NCBI GenBank assembly: GCA_963850905.1
Contig: CAWKMU010000003.1
Location: forward strand, 320,001-384,000
Origin: an uncultured Gemmatimonadales bacterium
GTDB lineage: Bacteria > Gemmatimonadota > Gemmatimonadetes > Gemmatimonadales > Gemmatimonadaceae
Direction: 5' to 3'
DNA: 64,000 nucleotides
Under the pieces are notes generated by a model. That model searched no databases. It was given only the letters and a program-made list of their open reading frames with translations, and was not told the origin of the DNA. A program made the position numbers and the translations under genes. Of the stretch, positions 31,140 through 40,739 are shown piece after piece. Every line of letters starts with the position of its first letter. The first letter of the stretch is position 1.

Positions 31140-31668
31140 CAGTCACCCGACGCACTTGCAGCGACAGATTGCGGAACCCGGCCATGCGCGCCGTCTGCAT
31201 GATCCGAGACAGCAGGTCGTAGCGCATGGTGCGATCACCCTGAATCGCCAGCGGTGCATCGACGGGCTGGTCAGCCGGCTTCCGCGTCACGGCCCGGATC
31301 GAGTCCGCTCTGGATCGGAGTGCCGTATAGAGCGTTGGAATCAGGAGCGGCTCGCTCGGATCGTCGGACACCGATTGCGCAGCGTCGATCGTGTTCATGA
31401 CCGTCGTGCCAGCGAGCGTCACTTGCCGGCCGACGCCGAGAGTGAGTTGCTGCAGCGCGTTCGTGCCGACGCGTGCTTCCGGCAGGGTGACGCCTGAAAC
31501 GACTGGTGCGAGCTCGCCCACCGTTGCCGTCACCAGCGCGAAGAAGACGATGGACACGAGCGTGTCCACGAGGGGAACGAGATTCAACTCGACAAGTCTG
31601 AACTTCTGAAATTGCTTCGCGCGCCGCATCTCGCGCGCGGCTCGGGCTCGGCTGATGTGTTGCGACAT
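31126..31668 (-). CDS. ExbD/TolR family protein
   Basis: ELNLVPLVDTLVSIVFF with conserved Asp; IQGDRTMRY...AGF. Confidence 0.9.
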   Translation of the reverse strand: MSQHISRARAAREMRRAKQFQKFRLVELNLVPLVDTLVSIVFFALVTATVGELAPVVSGVTLPEARVGTNALQQLTLGVGRQVTLAGTTVMNTIDAAQSVSDDPSEPLLIPTLYTALRSRADSIRAVTRKPADQPVDAPLAIQGDRTMRYDLLSRIMQTARMAGFRNLSLQVRRVTDAAG

Positions 31669-31671
31669 GGC

Positions 31672-32214
31672 TCAGGCCCCTCCAGCCGCGGTCGCCGGAG
31701 CCGCTCGCGACCGCGTCCCGAGTCCGACGTTGGGGAACCGCGCCATCTTGAGGCGCTCGAGCACATGCACGACGTTGTCGTAACTGACCTCGTCCGCCGG
31801 GATCACGAGGACGTCGTTGTTCTGCGGATAGCGATCATGAATGTCCGCCATGACCGACTGCAGTGTGTCCAGCGACGTCGGGCCTAATCCCATAATCTCC
31901 CGGTGGTATCCGCCTTCCCCTGAGTGCTCGATCATCAGGCGATCTGCCTGGATGCGCACCGCGAGCAGCAGATTCAGTTGATCCTTGTCCGCCGTCGAGG
32001 GTTGCGGCTGCTCAGCCGTGACGATCATTGGCGGCAAGGCAAGATCAAATGATGTGAGCTCCGCCAACAGCCCCTGATAGGACACGAGGCTGAAAAACAC
32101 GATCGATGTGAGCACATCGATCAACGGGACGAGGTTGATGCCTCCGTGACCGAGCGTCGATGTCGCGCGCTCAGCTCTGCGGAGCTTGGCTCGGTGAAAC
32201 CGTGAAGCCGGCAT
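31672..32214 (-). CDS. ExbD/TolR family protein
   Basis: INLVPLIDVLTSIVFF with conserved Asp; VSYDNVVHVLE...FPNV. Confidence 0.9.
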   Translation of the reverse strand: MPASRFHRAKLRRAERATSTLGHGGINLVPLIDVLTSIVFFSLVSYQGLLAELTSFDLALPPMIVTAEQPQPSTADKDQLNLLLAVRIQADRLMIEHSGEGGYHREIMGLGPTSLDTLQSVMADIHDRYPQNNDVLVIPADEVSYDNVVHVLERLKMARFPNVGLGTRSRAAPATAAGGA

Positions 32215-32274
32215 GGGGGCCGCTAGGATCGGGGCGTCGAAGCCGCGCGTCGCTGCTTGTGTGCAGCGCGCGCG

Positions 32275-32913
32275 CTAACGCCCGATCCGAACGTCGGGGC
32301 GCTCCACCAGCGCGTTGATCAGTCGGACAGAGAACTCGTCGACTTGCTCGATGATCTCCTCAGCCTGCGAAGCGAGATACGAGTGCGCCAGCGTCAATGG
32401 AATCGCTGTGGCCAAGCCGAACCCAGTCGCATTCAACGCGATCGCGATACCCTCGGCGAGTTTGTCCGAACGTTGCGCCGCCGATGCAGCCGCGACGGAC
32501 GCGAACGCCGCTTTGAGTCCGAAGATCGTCCCAAAGAGCCCGATCAGCGTAGCCACGTTGGCGAGCACGGGAAGGTACTGCAGGCGCCGTGTCAGTCGCG
32601 GAATCACCGACAGCGAGGCCGCGTCCGCCACGTTCTGTAGGTCGCCCTCCTCCCGACTCTTGCTCCGGAGAATCAGGAGCCCGATGTCGGGCAGCGGGGC
32701 GTGCGATTGCGCGCACAGCCGCATCGCATCCTCCGGCTTTTGCGCCCGGACGAGCTGCATCACGCGTTCGATGAACGCTGGCCCGTTGATCCGTGACCGG
32801 ACGATGATCACGTAGAAGCGTTCGAGAAACACGGCAAGGCCCGCGAGCGCGACCAGGAGGATCGGCCACATGATCGGGCCGCCATTTCGGAACCACTCGA
32901 GCAGGGATTGCAT
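32275..32913 (-). CDS. MotA/TolQ/ExbB proton channel protein
   Basis: GGPIMWPI, LER, ATLIGLFGTIFGL, GIAIALNATGFGLATAIP. Confidence 0.93.
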   Translation of the reverse strand: MQSLLEWFRNGGPIMWPILLVALAGLAVFLERFYVIIVRSRINGPAFIERVMQLVRAQKPEDAMRLCAQSHAPLPDIGLLILRSKSREEGDLQNVADAASLSVIPRLTRRLQYLPVLANVATLIGLFGTIFGLKAAFASVAAASAAQRSDKLAEGIAIALNATGFGLATAIPLTLAHSYLASQAEEIIEQVDEFSVRLINALVERPDVRIGR

Positions 32914-33392
32914 CACTTCTCCCGTGGGGCGTTCGATGTCGGACCCTGTGCCGCGTCGCCGGCCTTTGCGCGCGGAGACGGCTCAGAGTTGGGGGACGGC
33001 GTGTTACCCGAGCCAATGGGGCGCGCGGATGAGTCCGCCGGAGGACGATGGCTGCTATCGGCTGGCAACGCGGGCGCCGTCCAGGCGACCGGTGCCGTGC
33101 CAGCGGCCGTCGACAGATCTGGCACGATCTGGTACGGCGCCGTCAGCGATTCCCAGAAGTGCCGGTCGTAGAAGGCCGGCGTCAGCACCTCTCGACTGAA
33201 GATCGGGATCTGGCGCGGACGCACCGTTACCACCTGCGGCGTCGGCACTTGCCCGCGGATCTCGATAGGCTGGACGCCCTTGGCCTTGGACGGCGCGGGC
33301 GCCGGATTGCCCGGTTGCTGGGCGCTCGCACTGGCCGCCGCGAGCACGAGGCCGACCGACGCCCAGACGAGGCGCGCGCGCTCAGAGATCAT
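32913..33392 (-). CDS. small secreted protein, GltF/CglF-like motif
   Basis: Signal peptide ASASA-Q; IEIRGQVPTPQVVTVRPR; overlaps both neighbours. Confidence 0.65.
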   Translation of the reverse strand: MISERARLVWASVGLVLAAASASAQQPGNPAPAPSKAKGVQPIEIRGQVPTPQVVTVRPRQIPIFSREVLTPAFYDRHFWESLTAPYQIVPDLSTAAGTAPVAWTAPALPADSSHRPPADSSARPIGSGNTPSPNSEPSPRAKAGDAAQGPTSNAPREK

Positions 33393-36300
33393 CGGGCACC
33401 TTCCCCTGCAGGCCGTCGTGAGCCATGTCGATCCACTTGTTGGCGATCTTTTGCTGCGCGGCCTTGTCGACCAGGGCCTGCCAGGTCTTCTGGGCCTGGT
33501 CGAAGTAGCTCGCGGCCTGGCGTGCGGCACCGTCCTTTGCGGCCGAACGCTCGGCATCGCTCAGAGCCGCCGGTAGTTGGGCGTCCTTCAGGAAGTTGCC
33601 GTATTCCCACTGGGCCGCACCGATATAATAGGTAGCCGCCGAGAGATAGTCCGGATCACCCGCTTCGATGGCTCGGGTGAATGTCTTCGTCAGGCCGTTG
33701 AGCAACTCGAGCTTCGGCGCAGATGCACGCTTGACGCCCAGAGCTGTCAGTTGCGACGTCCTGGCGATGACGAGTCGGATCGGGCGATACCGCTGGAACT
33801 GTTGCACGCCTTCCGCAAAGGCTGCTCGACCCGCCCGGGCCGCGCAATCGGCCTTGAGGTCAGGTGGTGGCGTGGCCGTACACATGGCGGCGAGCTCGGT
33901 GTTGACGGCACTCGTGTCACCCACCGTCTTGAGGAGCGTCACCCGCAACGAACGCGCCGATGTCGCCCGGCTGTCGAGCGGGTAGCGGCGGGCGAAGTCA
34001 CCGAGCGTCCGCGCCGCAGTCGCCGTGTCGCGCGCTTCGAGATAGGTCGCCGCGGCATTGTACAGAGCGTCGCTGGCACGCTTGTCGTGCGGATAGTCGA
34101 CCGCAAACTGCTCGTACGCGATGGCCGCCTCTTTCTGCCGATGCAGCGAGTCCAGACGCACGGCCAGGCGGATCTCGGCGTCCGCTCGACCGTGCCACTC
34201 CGGATTGTCCTCGATCATCTTCCGCAAGGCGTCGATCGACTCGTCGCCCTTGCCGATTTCGGCCAAGAGATCCGCATACAACGTCTGGTACTGCAGCCGG
34301 TACCGGTACAGCGGATATTGCGTGATCAGTCGCTTGGAGAGCTCCGCCGCGTGCCCGCGGGCGTCCTTCGACGCGGCCAGATCGCCCTTCCCGCGCGCGA
34401 CGCTGTCCGCGAGCATGTAGGTCTCGATGGCGTCGCGCAGCGCATCGGCTGCCTTTTCGCTCGTGGGATTCGCATCCGCATAGGCCACGTACACGTCTTG
34501 CGCCGCCTGCTGATACTGCCCGGCCTTGACGAGTGAGTCGGCGTATGTCGACGCGGCGGCCGCCTGGATGCGCTTCACGGAGTCCGCCAGCGCCTGATGA
34601 CCATTGTGCACGGCGCTCGCGTACGCCGAATCCCACTGCGCCTGCGCGGTCCCGTACTTGCCGGCCTTGTACATCGCGTCACCGACGAGCTTCATCGCCG
34701 TCGGCGTGTATGCGTCCTGCGGGTATTGCGATGCGTATTGCCGGAACGCTGATGCCATCACGTCCCAGCGTCCCGACTCCGACGCCCGGCGGCCTTCCTC
34801 GATCAGCGCCCGCTTCGCGACATCGGTGTGCGGGTAATGCTCGGCGTATGCGTTGATCACCGAGAACAGCGAGTCCTGCAGCGACCGGTCGGCCTTGCGC
34901 GCACTCAGCGCCGAGTCGTACGCGACGATCGCGTTCTGCGCCGCGCGCTGCTCGGACGCCGTCACCGCCTTGCTCGTGTCCTCGGGGAATCCGTACGCCG
35001 TGCGCGCGTATTCGGCACCCGCGCGTGAATACTGGCCGTCACCGAACAGCGCCTCGGCGTACAGGTTGTCGACGGCACGTGCACTGTCCGACGCCCCATA
35101 GTCCGCCATGTACTTCGCATACAGTCGCGCCGCCTCGGCGAAGTGCTGGCGGGTCGCTGCCAGTGCGACGCCCGTCGCCGGGCCGCTGCCGAACGCCGAC
35201 GCCGCCTGCGACCGGCGCCGCGTCCGCGTCGCGTCTGATCCGGCGACGCCCTCCGCCTTCGCCAACTCATACTGCGCGCTCTCCCGCAACGCCGACTCGC
35301 GCGCGTCGCGGGATTCTTTGGAAAGGCTCGGATTCGCCCCGGTCCACGAGAACCCGGGCGTGAACTTGTCGACGAGCGCCAGCCGCGCGCTCTGTGCCTT
35401 GTCCGGCTCCAGCGTGCGATTCTGATAAATGTCGATGACCTCTCGCGACACACTGAGGGCGATGGAGTCGTTTGGCGCCTCGATGAGCAGCTCGCGATAC
35501 GCGTCCACCGCGCGACCGAAATCGCCCTGGTCCCGCAGCCGCGCCGCGACGCGCCGCAACACCTGCGCTTTGTAGCCCGTGTCGACACGACCGGTGAAGT
35601 AGTGATTCATCGCATCGGCCCCGCCGACCTGCGTGAACGAGACAGCCATGTAGTCCATGGTCTCGTCACGCAGTCCGAGGCGCGCCTGTCGGTCCGTCGG
35701 GAGCTTGTCGTAGGCCTCGACCAGTCGTCCGAAGACATCGACGGCCTGCCGGTACCCGTCCTGGTTTTGCTGCGACGCCTGGCTGTAGTAGGACCAGCCC
35801 AGCTTGTAGAGGGCCAGATAGTAGATGTCACCCGTCGCCGGGGCGATCGCGGCCGCTTGCTCGTACGCTGCAGCCGCTTTGCCAAACATTGCCTGCCGCG
35901 GCGCGCCCCGCGCCGCGCTCGCCATCTCGAACCGCGCATCGCCAAGCCGGAACCACGACTCCGCGCGCAACGGAGAATCCTGAATGCCGCTCACCTTCTC
36001 GAACATCCCGGCCGCATCGGTATAATGCTCCTCGGCGCCGTACAACGTGCCCAGGGTGTACGTGGCTCCGTCCAACTGCGGGAAGGTCGGATAGTGTTGC
36101 ACCAACTCCTCGAGTCGTGCGATCGCCACTGCATAGTCCGGGTGAGCCGAAGCCTCCCCGCGCGCAGCACGGCTCGTATCGTTTACCGTGGCCCGCTGCG
36201 CGGCTGCGAACCGCTCGTCGGCGCGCCGGACCAGCAGCTCTCCAAGCTCGTAGAGTGCGCCCGCACGCGCCGGGCTGTTGGGATAGCGTGCGATCACCTG

Positions 36301-38580
36301 CTCGAGCGTGGCGATCGCCGAATCCGGCAGCGGGTCCCCCGAGCGGCTCGACCCGTTGGCGGCGGCGTCGCTCGCGATCTGGCGGAAGAAGCCGGCACCT
36401 GCCGCGCCAAAGTCTGCCGCTTCGACGCTCCGGCGGGCCTCCTCCGCGACCACGGCGCCACGCACGCTCAGGTCTCGCTCGACCAGTGACGTCACACTCG
36501 CGGCTGCTTGCTCCTGATGCGCCGCCGACGCCGTCAGGAACGACCGGAGCGCGCCGCGCAAACTGTCGCCCTGCGTCACACGCGCCATCTGGTCATCGAC
36601 GGCAGCCTCGCCCGATGTCACCGCTCGCCGCGTCTGGATGAGAAGTTCCCGCGTGCGCTCCCCTCGGAGCCGCACCGTATCGCGCAACGCGAAGGCCGGA
36701 TGCGCGGCGATCGCAGCCGCGAGACCTTGATCGATCACGTCGGCCACATGCGAGTATTCCGCAGCGGTCGCGGCTTCGCGGTCCAGCGTCTCCAGATCCT
36801 CCGGAGAGCCGGCTTTCCCGACCATTTGCCGCACACTGTCGATCTGTCGGATGTTCTCGCTCGCCAGAGTCCGCGTGCTCGTCAGCTGCGGGTTGAACAG
36901 GTCGCGGAGGCGCACGCCCGCTTCGTCCACCCGTTGCGTCACCCTCGCGAGCGAATCCTCGTCGCGCGACAGTCTGTTGAACATCGGCCCCAGGCTGTCA
37001 CCCGCCGCAGTAATGCTGGCCCGTTCCCGCTCCAGCAGCTGGATCTGCAGCGCGAGGTTGCTGCGACGGCTCGCCAGCGCGGCGTTCCCCACAGCGACTT
37101 CGACATCGGCCGCGTGCAGCGCGTGGACGCCGCGGTCCAAATCGGCTCGCGCCGAACGACCGGCTGCGTCCGAGGGTTCGGAGACAAACACGGCCTGGCG
37201 GAGGTTGTCGCGTTCCGCCGGGGTAAGTCCTTCGCTCGAACGGTTTGCAAGGGAATCCACGCGGACGGTGACGCTCGCGACGGAGAGGATAGCCGGCGGA
37301 GCGAAGTTCGGGGACAACCCCGTTTTCGCGCCATTGCCCGCGGTCTGCAGCGCCTCAGCTTGCGCGCCGGCGCTGTCAGCGAACACCCACGTCTTACCCA
37401 ATGACACATCCGGGACGAGCAGCACGTCGGCCGCGCGTGCGGTGACCAGCGCACGCGCAGTTGCTCCTGGTGCTGCCGCCCACTGCGCGGTGTGCTGTGC
37501 CGCCGTGCCAGCCGAGTCCGCCACCGCGCGGAAGGCACCCTCGGCGTCGCGCGCGCGATCCTGCACCAAGAGCCCTTGCGCCGCCATGAGGCGGTCCTCA
37601 TTGCGTCGCGGCAATTGCGGATAGCGGTCGGCGACGTCGTCGAAAGCCTCTGCCGAAAGGTCGGGATGATCACCGCGCGTGAGGGCCCAGGCACGGACGG
37701 TCCTGGCCGCCGCGTCGGACGCACTGCGCGGATCCACGCGACTCGCGGCGGCAGCCGCCTGCTCGTACGATCCCGCGTCGGCGGTCAGTTCCGCGCTCGC
37801 AAGCCGCAGCTGGTCAGCCGCGTCCCCCGTTGCCGTCATCAAGGCGGCATCGACGGACGCGATCGCCGCGGATGCATGCGCCGTGTCCGCGCGCGCGGCG
37901 GCAATCGCGTTCATGTACCGAGCGTAGTCAGCATACGGGCCCGTGCCCGCGAGTTGCTGCGCGCGCGTGAAGGCGGCGTGCGCCGCGTTCAGGTCGCCGC
38001 TCTGATACTCGATCAGTCCGGTGACCAGTGCCGATGCCGTTGTCTGCTCATCGTGGCTGACGTCTTTCAGGACGCTGAGCCCGCGAGTCAGATCGCCGGT
38101 GCGATAGGCGCTAAAGAGGAGCTGCGTGCGCAGGACTGCGCCGTAACGACCAGCTGCCGGGCCCGCCAGCACCGCCTCCGCCGCCACGCGCATGCTGTCA
38201 TCCATGCCCAGGCGATAGAAGGATTCGGCCAGGAGAAACTGGCGGTCAGGCTCGCCGCGCCACTGCGCACCGTCATTGCCCGCCGGCGGAGGCACGACCG
38301 ATCGGAGTCGGGCCAGCGCGGCGATCGCCTGGCCGTTGAGGACATCGAACAGAGCAACCCGGATTTCCGCATCGGCCGCACGTCCCTCGTTCAACTCCGG
38401 GATGAGCGCCGTGTCAGCCGTTGGCGCGACCCTCCGCGCCGGCAATGAATCGATCGCCGGTTGGCTCGCGCGGGTCCGCGCCAGCGTTGACGTGTCGCGC
38501 GTGGCCCGTCCAGCCTGCGCCATGACGGGAGAGGCAACGGCTGCAACGGCCAGCAGCCCAAGGATGCGCAGGCACGTCAT
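33382..38580 (-). CDS. giant secreted TPR-repeat protein (~1732 aa, GltD-like)
   Basis: Signal peptide MTCLRILGLLAVAAVASPVMA; many YP..ALY.LG repeats (ALYELGELL, ALYKLGWSYY, ALYNAA). Confidence 0.85.
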   Translation of the reverse strand: MTCLRILGLLAVAAVASPVMAQAGRATRDTSTLARTRASQPAIDSLPARRVAPTADTALIPELNEGRAADAEIRVALFDVLNGQAIAALARLRSVVPPPAGNDGAQWRGEPDRQFLLAESFYRLGMDDSMRVAAEAVLAGPAAGRYGAVLRTQLLFSAYRTGDLTRGLSVLKDVSHDEQTTASALVTGLIEYQSGDLNAAHAAFTRAQQLAGTGPYADYARYMNAIAAARADTAHASAAIASVDAALMTATGDAADQLRLASAELTADAGSYEQAAAAASRVDPRSASDAAARTVRAWALTRGDHPDLSAEAFDDVADRYPQLPRRNEDRLMAAQGLLVQDRARDAEGAFRAVADSAGTAAQHTAQWAAAPGATARALVTARAADVLLVPDVSLGKTWVFADSAGAQAEALQTAGNGAKTGLSPNFAPPAILSVASVTVRVDSLANRSSEGLTPAERDNLRQAVFVSEPSDAAGRSARADLDRGVHALHAADVEVAVGNAALASRRSNLALQIQLLERERASITAAGDSLGPMFNRLSRDEDSLARVTQRVDEAGVRLRDLFNPQLTSTRTLASENIRQIDSVRQMVGKAGSPEDLETLDREAATAAEYSHVADVIDQGLAAAIAAHPAFALRDTVRLRGERTRELLIQTRRAVTSGEAAVDDQMARVTQGDSLRGALRSFLTASAAHQEQAAASVTSLVERDLSVRGAVVAEEARRSVEAADFGAAGAGFFRQIASDAAANGSSRSGDPLPDSAIATLEQVIARYPNSPARAGALYELGELLVRRADERFAAAQRATVNDTSRAARGEASAHPDYAVAIARLEELVQHYPTFPQLDGATYTLGTLYGAEEHYTDAAGMFEKVSGIQDSPLRAESWFRLGDARFEMASAARGAPRQAMFGKAAAAYEQAAAIAPATGDIYYLALYKLGWSYYSQASQQNQDGYRQAVDVFGRLVEAYDKLPTDRQARLGLRDETMDYMAVSFTQVGGADAMNHYFTGRVDTGYKAQVLRRVAARLRDQGDFGRAVDAYRELLIEAPNDSIALSVSREVIDIYQNRTLEPDKAQSARLALVDKFTPGFSWTGANPSLSKESRDARESALRESAQYELAKAEGVAGSDATRTRRRSQAASAFGSGPATGVALAATRQHFAEAARLYAKYMADYGASDSARAVDNLYAEALFGDGQYSRAGAEYARTAYGFPEDTSKAVTASEQRAAQNAIVAYDSALSARKADRSLQDSLFSVINAYAEHYPHTDVAKRALIEEGRRASESGRWDVMASAFRQYASQYPQDAYTPTAMKLVGDAMYKAGKYGTAQAQWDSAYASAVHNGHQALADSVKRIQAAAASTYADSLVKAGQYQQAAQDVYVAYADANPTSEKAADALRDAIETYMLADSVARGKGDLAASKDARGHAAELSKRLITQYPLYRYRLQYQTLYADLLAEIGKGDESIDALRKMIEDNPEWHGRADAEIRLAVRLDSLHRQKEAAIAYEQFAVDYPHDKRASDALYNAAATYLEARDTATAARTLGDFARRYPLDSRATSARSLRVTLLKTVGDTSAVNTELAAMCTATPPPDLKADCAARAGRAAFAEGVQQFQRYRPIRLVIARTSQLTALGVKRASAPKLELLNGLTKTFTRAIEAGDPDYLSAATYYIGAAQWEYGNFLKDAQLPAALSDAERSAAKDGAARQAASYFDQAQKTWQALVDKAAQQKIANKWIDMAHDGLQGKVPDDL

Positions 38581-38675
38581 GGGAGAGACGCACCGCGACA
38601 CCCCCAGCTCACGGGCGCGGATCGGTCCGCCCTGCTCCGCGACTGCTCGGGACTCGAGGTCCGGCGCGCGCCCAA

Positions 38676-39435
38676 TTAGGGCGACGTTCCGCTGCGATTG
38701 GACCACGTGCTCAGCACGAGTTGGCCGTTGCGTACGGCGAACTGCACGTACGTGATGGCGGCCGTAGGGACATCGACGTTCGCAGCCTTCGTCAGCGACG
38801 CGCCGTTGACGACAGCTGTAGCCGAGACCGTATGCGTCGCCGGGAGGACGTTCGAGTGATACGCCTCGTCGACGGCGCCCGCGTTGAGGGCGTCGACCGC
38901 GCCCACACTGTAGTGGCGCACGACGGCAGGGGCGCTGTCCACCTGCACGGAGATGTTGTCGAATGCGCTGCACTTGCGCACTCGAATCGACCCGGATGAC
39001 GACGACCAGCTCGGCAGCCGCCCGGCGACGAACCGCTTCGCCCAACGACAAGAATCGATCTCGCTGCGCCAGCAGGTTGTCCTGCGACGCGGTGAGCACA
39101 GAATCGAGCGATCGGAGCGCCGTGGTCTCGTGGGACAAGAGCAGCTGGCTGGCACGCGCTTCCGACGCCTTGGCCGCGACGCTCTCGACTCGAGACTCGA
39201 GCTTGATGCGCTCGCTGCGCAACTCGGCCAGCTTCCGCTCTGCCGATCGAATGTCGTTCAGCTCAGCCTGGCGCTTCGTGAGGTACTCTTGTTCGGCCGC
39301 GGCCGCGGCGTGACTCGACGATGTATCCGGTATCCGATGGGCCGCCGTGTCCTGAGCCGCGACCGTTGTCCCGATACTGACGAGCGCGATGAGGGCCCCG
39401 AGCACACTGCGCCAGGAGCGCGAACCCATGTTCAT
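38676..39435 (-). CDS. secreted coiled-coil plus beta-sandwich protein (1 apparent frameshift at ~38962)
   Basis: Signal peptide, heptad region; continues as DNISVQVDSAPAVVRHYS...ALNAGAV...SN..PATH in ORF 38676-39155. Confidence 0.75.
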
Positions 39436-40739
39436 GGCGCGTGCTCGCTGTTGGGGGGCGCCGATGGCGGCGTCGATGGCGGCGTCGCCGGTGGTGTCGT
39501 GGGTGGTGTTGTGGACGTTGGGGCCGACGAGGAGCCGCTACTCCCCTCGGTCTCGGACTCGATGCGGCGCAGCCGGTCCTCGAGGTGGTGGAGCGCGTCG
39601 GTCTCCGTCTCCAGTTGGTTCTGCGCCTGGGCGCGCCGCTCCTCGAGCTCGAGCAGGTTCTGCGCCTCGTACCGATGGATCTCACCCTGCAGCTGCGCGA
39701 TGCGCAGCTGGTGTTCCCCGATTTGGGTCAACAGCTCGTCGCGTTGCTTCTTGAGCGCGGCGACCCGGTTCTCCAACACGTTGCCGTGGACCAGCGCCAG
39801 GAAGTTGCTCTCCCAGCCCAGGGAGAAGTTGAGCTTCGTGTAGCGATACAGTGCCGATGCCGGGTCGCTGGCCACGAACTTCGGATTCCCCGCGCCGAGC
39901 TCGGTCACCGCTACGCCAGCCCGCAACCCGCGATAGGACACGTACGTGCCCACATTGAAGTCCCAGGCATTGTTCTCCGCCATCACCGACAGGAGCGTGT
40001 TCGGCGTCGGCCGGAAATCCGTCTTGATACCATAGAAGAAGCCCCCGGTCGCGTCCGCCGCATAGTCGCGCGTCGGCAGTGACCCGTGATTCGAGAAGAG
40101 GCCATTGCCGTATCCGAGCGACAGGCTGACGCCAACGTCGGGCCACGTCGAGCGCAGATCGGTCAAGGAGAAGCTCTTGGTCGCGACGCCATAGACCGTG
40201 TTGGCGGTCGAGAAGCCGCGATGCACCGAATCCGCTCCGATGACCGGCGCCGTGCCGCCGCCGGGGTTGAACCCTTGGGCATACCCCAAGCCGAACCGAT
40301 CGATATGATCGTAGGGGCCAATGTTCCGCATACCGATGGCGAGCGACGGCAGGAATGACCCCGTTCGGCCACGGAAATTCTCCGCATTCCACAACAGGAC
40401 ACGCCCATAGAACCCGTGCTCGAAGTCCTTGGATAGGACCGACATCCCGAGTTCGACATGCTGGAAGAGGGACACGCCGAGGGAGCCCGTCCCGACCATC
40501 GAGTTCTGGTATTGCGGCACCGTGGGCGATGTTTGCAACGCCGTCCCGGACCAATTGAGCGAGAAGTCGCCCGACATCGGCGAGACCCAGGCGGCCGGGA
40601 TGTCGATCAACCCAGTGTCCCAATGCAGGGTCTGGGCAAACTCGGGTTGCGCTTGCACACGGCGCCCCAAGAGCATGGCGACGGCGAGCAGCACCACGCT
40701 CCAGCGGTGCACCGCTCGCGAGGCGTCAGGTCGGGTCAC
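39432..40739 (-). CDS. YjbH-like outer-membrane beta-barrel protein with C-terminal coiled coil
   Basis: Signal peptide; TGLIDIPAAWVSP; amphipathic beta strands; ~70-aa heptad tail; paralog of next gene. Confidence 0.65.
   Translation of the reverse strand: MTRPDASRAVHRWSVVLLAVAMLLGRRVQAQPEFAQTLHWDTGLIDIPAAWVSPMSGDFSLNWSGTALQTSPTVPQYQNSMVGTGSLGVSLFQHVELGMSVLSKDFEHGFYGRVLLWNAENFRGRTGSFLPSLAIGMRNIGPYDHIDRFGLGYAQGFNPGGGTAPVIGADSVHRGFSTANTVYGVATKSFSLTDLRSTWPDVGVSLSLGYGNGLFSNHGSLPTRDYAADATGGFFYGIKTDFRPTPNTLLSVMAENNAWDFNVGTYVSYRGLRAGVAVTELGAGNPKFVASDPASALYRYTKLNFSLGWESNFLALVHGNVLENRVAALKKQRDELLTQIGEHQLRIAQLQGEIHRYEAQNLLELEERRAQAQNQLETETDALHHLEDRLRRIESETEGSSGSSSAPTSTTPPTTPPATPPSTPPSAPPNSEHAP

Noticed and set aside
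30159..32913. Canonical Tol-Pal or flagellar MotAB locus
   Set aside because: No tolB/pal, no OmpA-type MotB domain; two ExbDs and a Cys-pair AgmX/PglI domain instead
33382..39435. Single 2017-aa protein
   Set aside because: Segment after VQRI is out-of-frame junk; there is a second signal peptide at 38580 and a coherent alternative C-terminus ending at 38676
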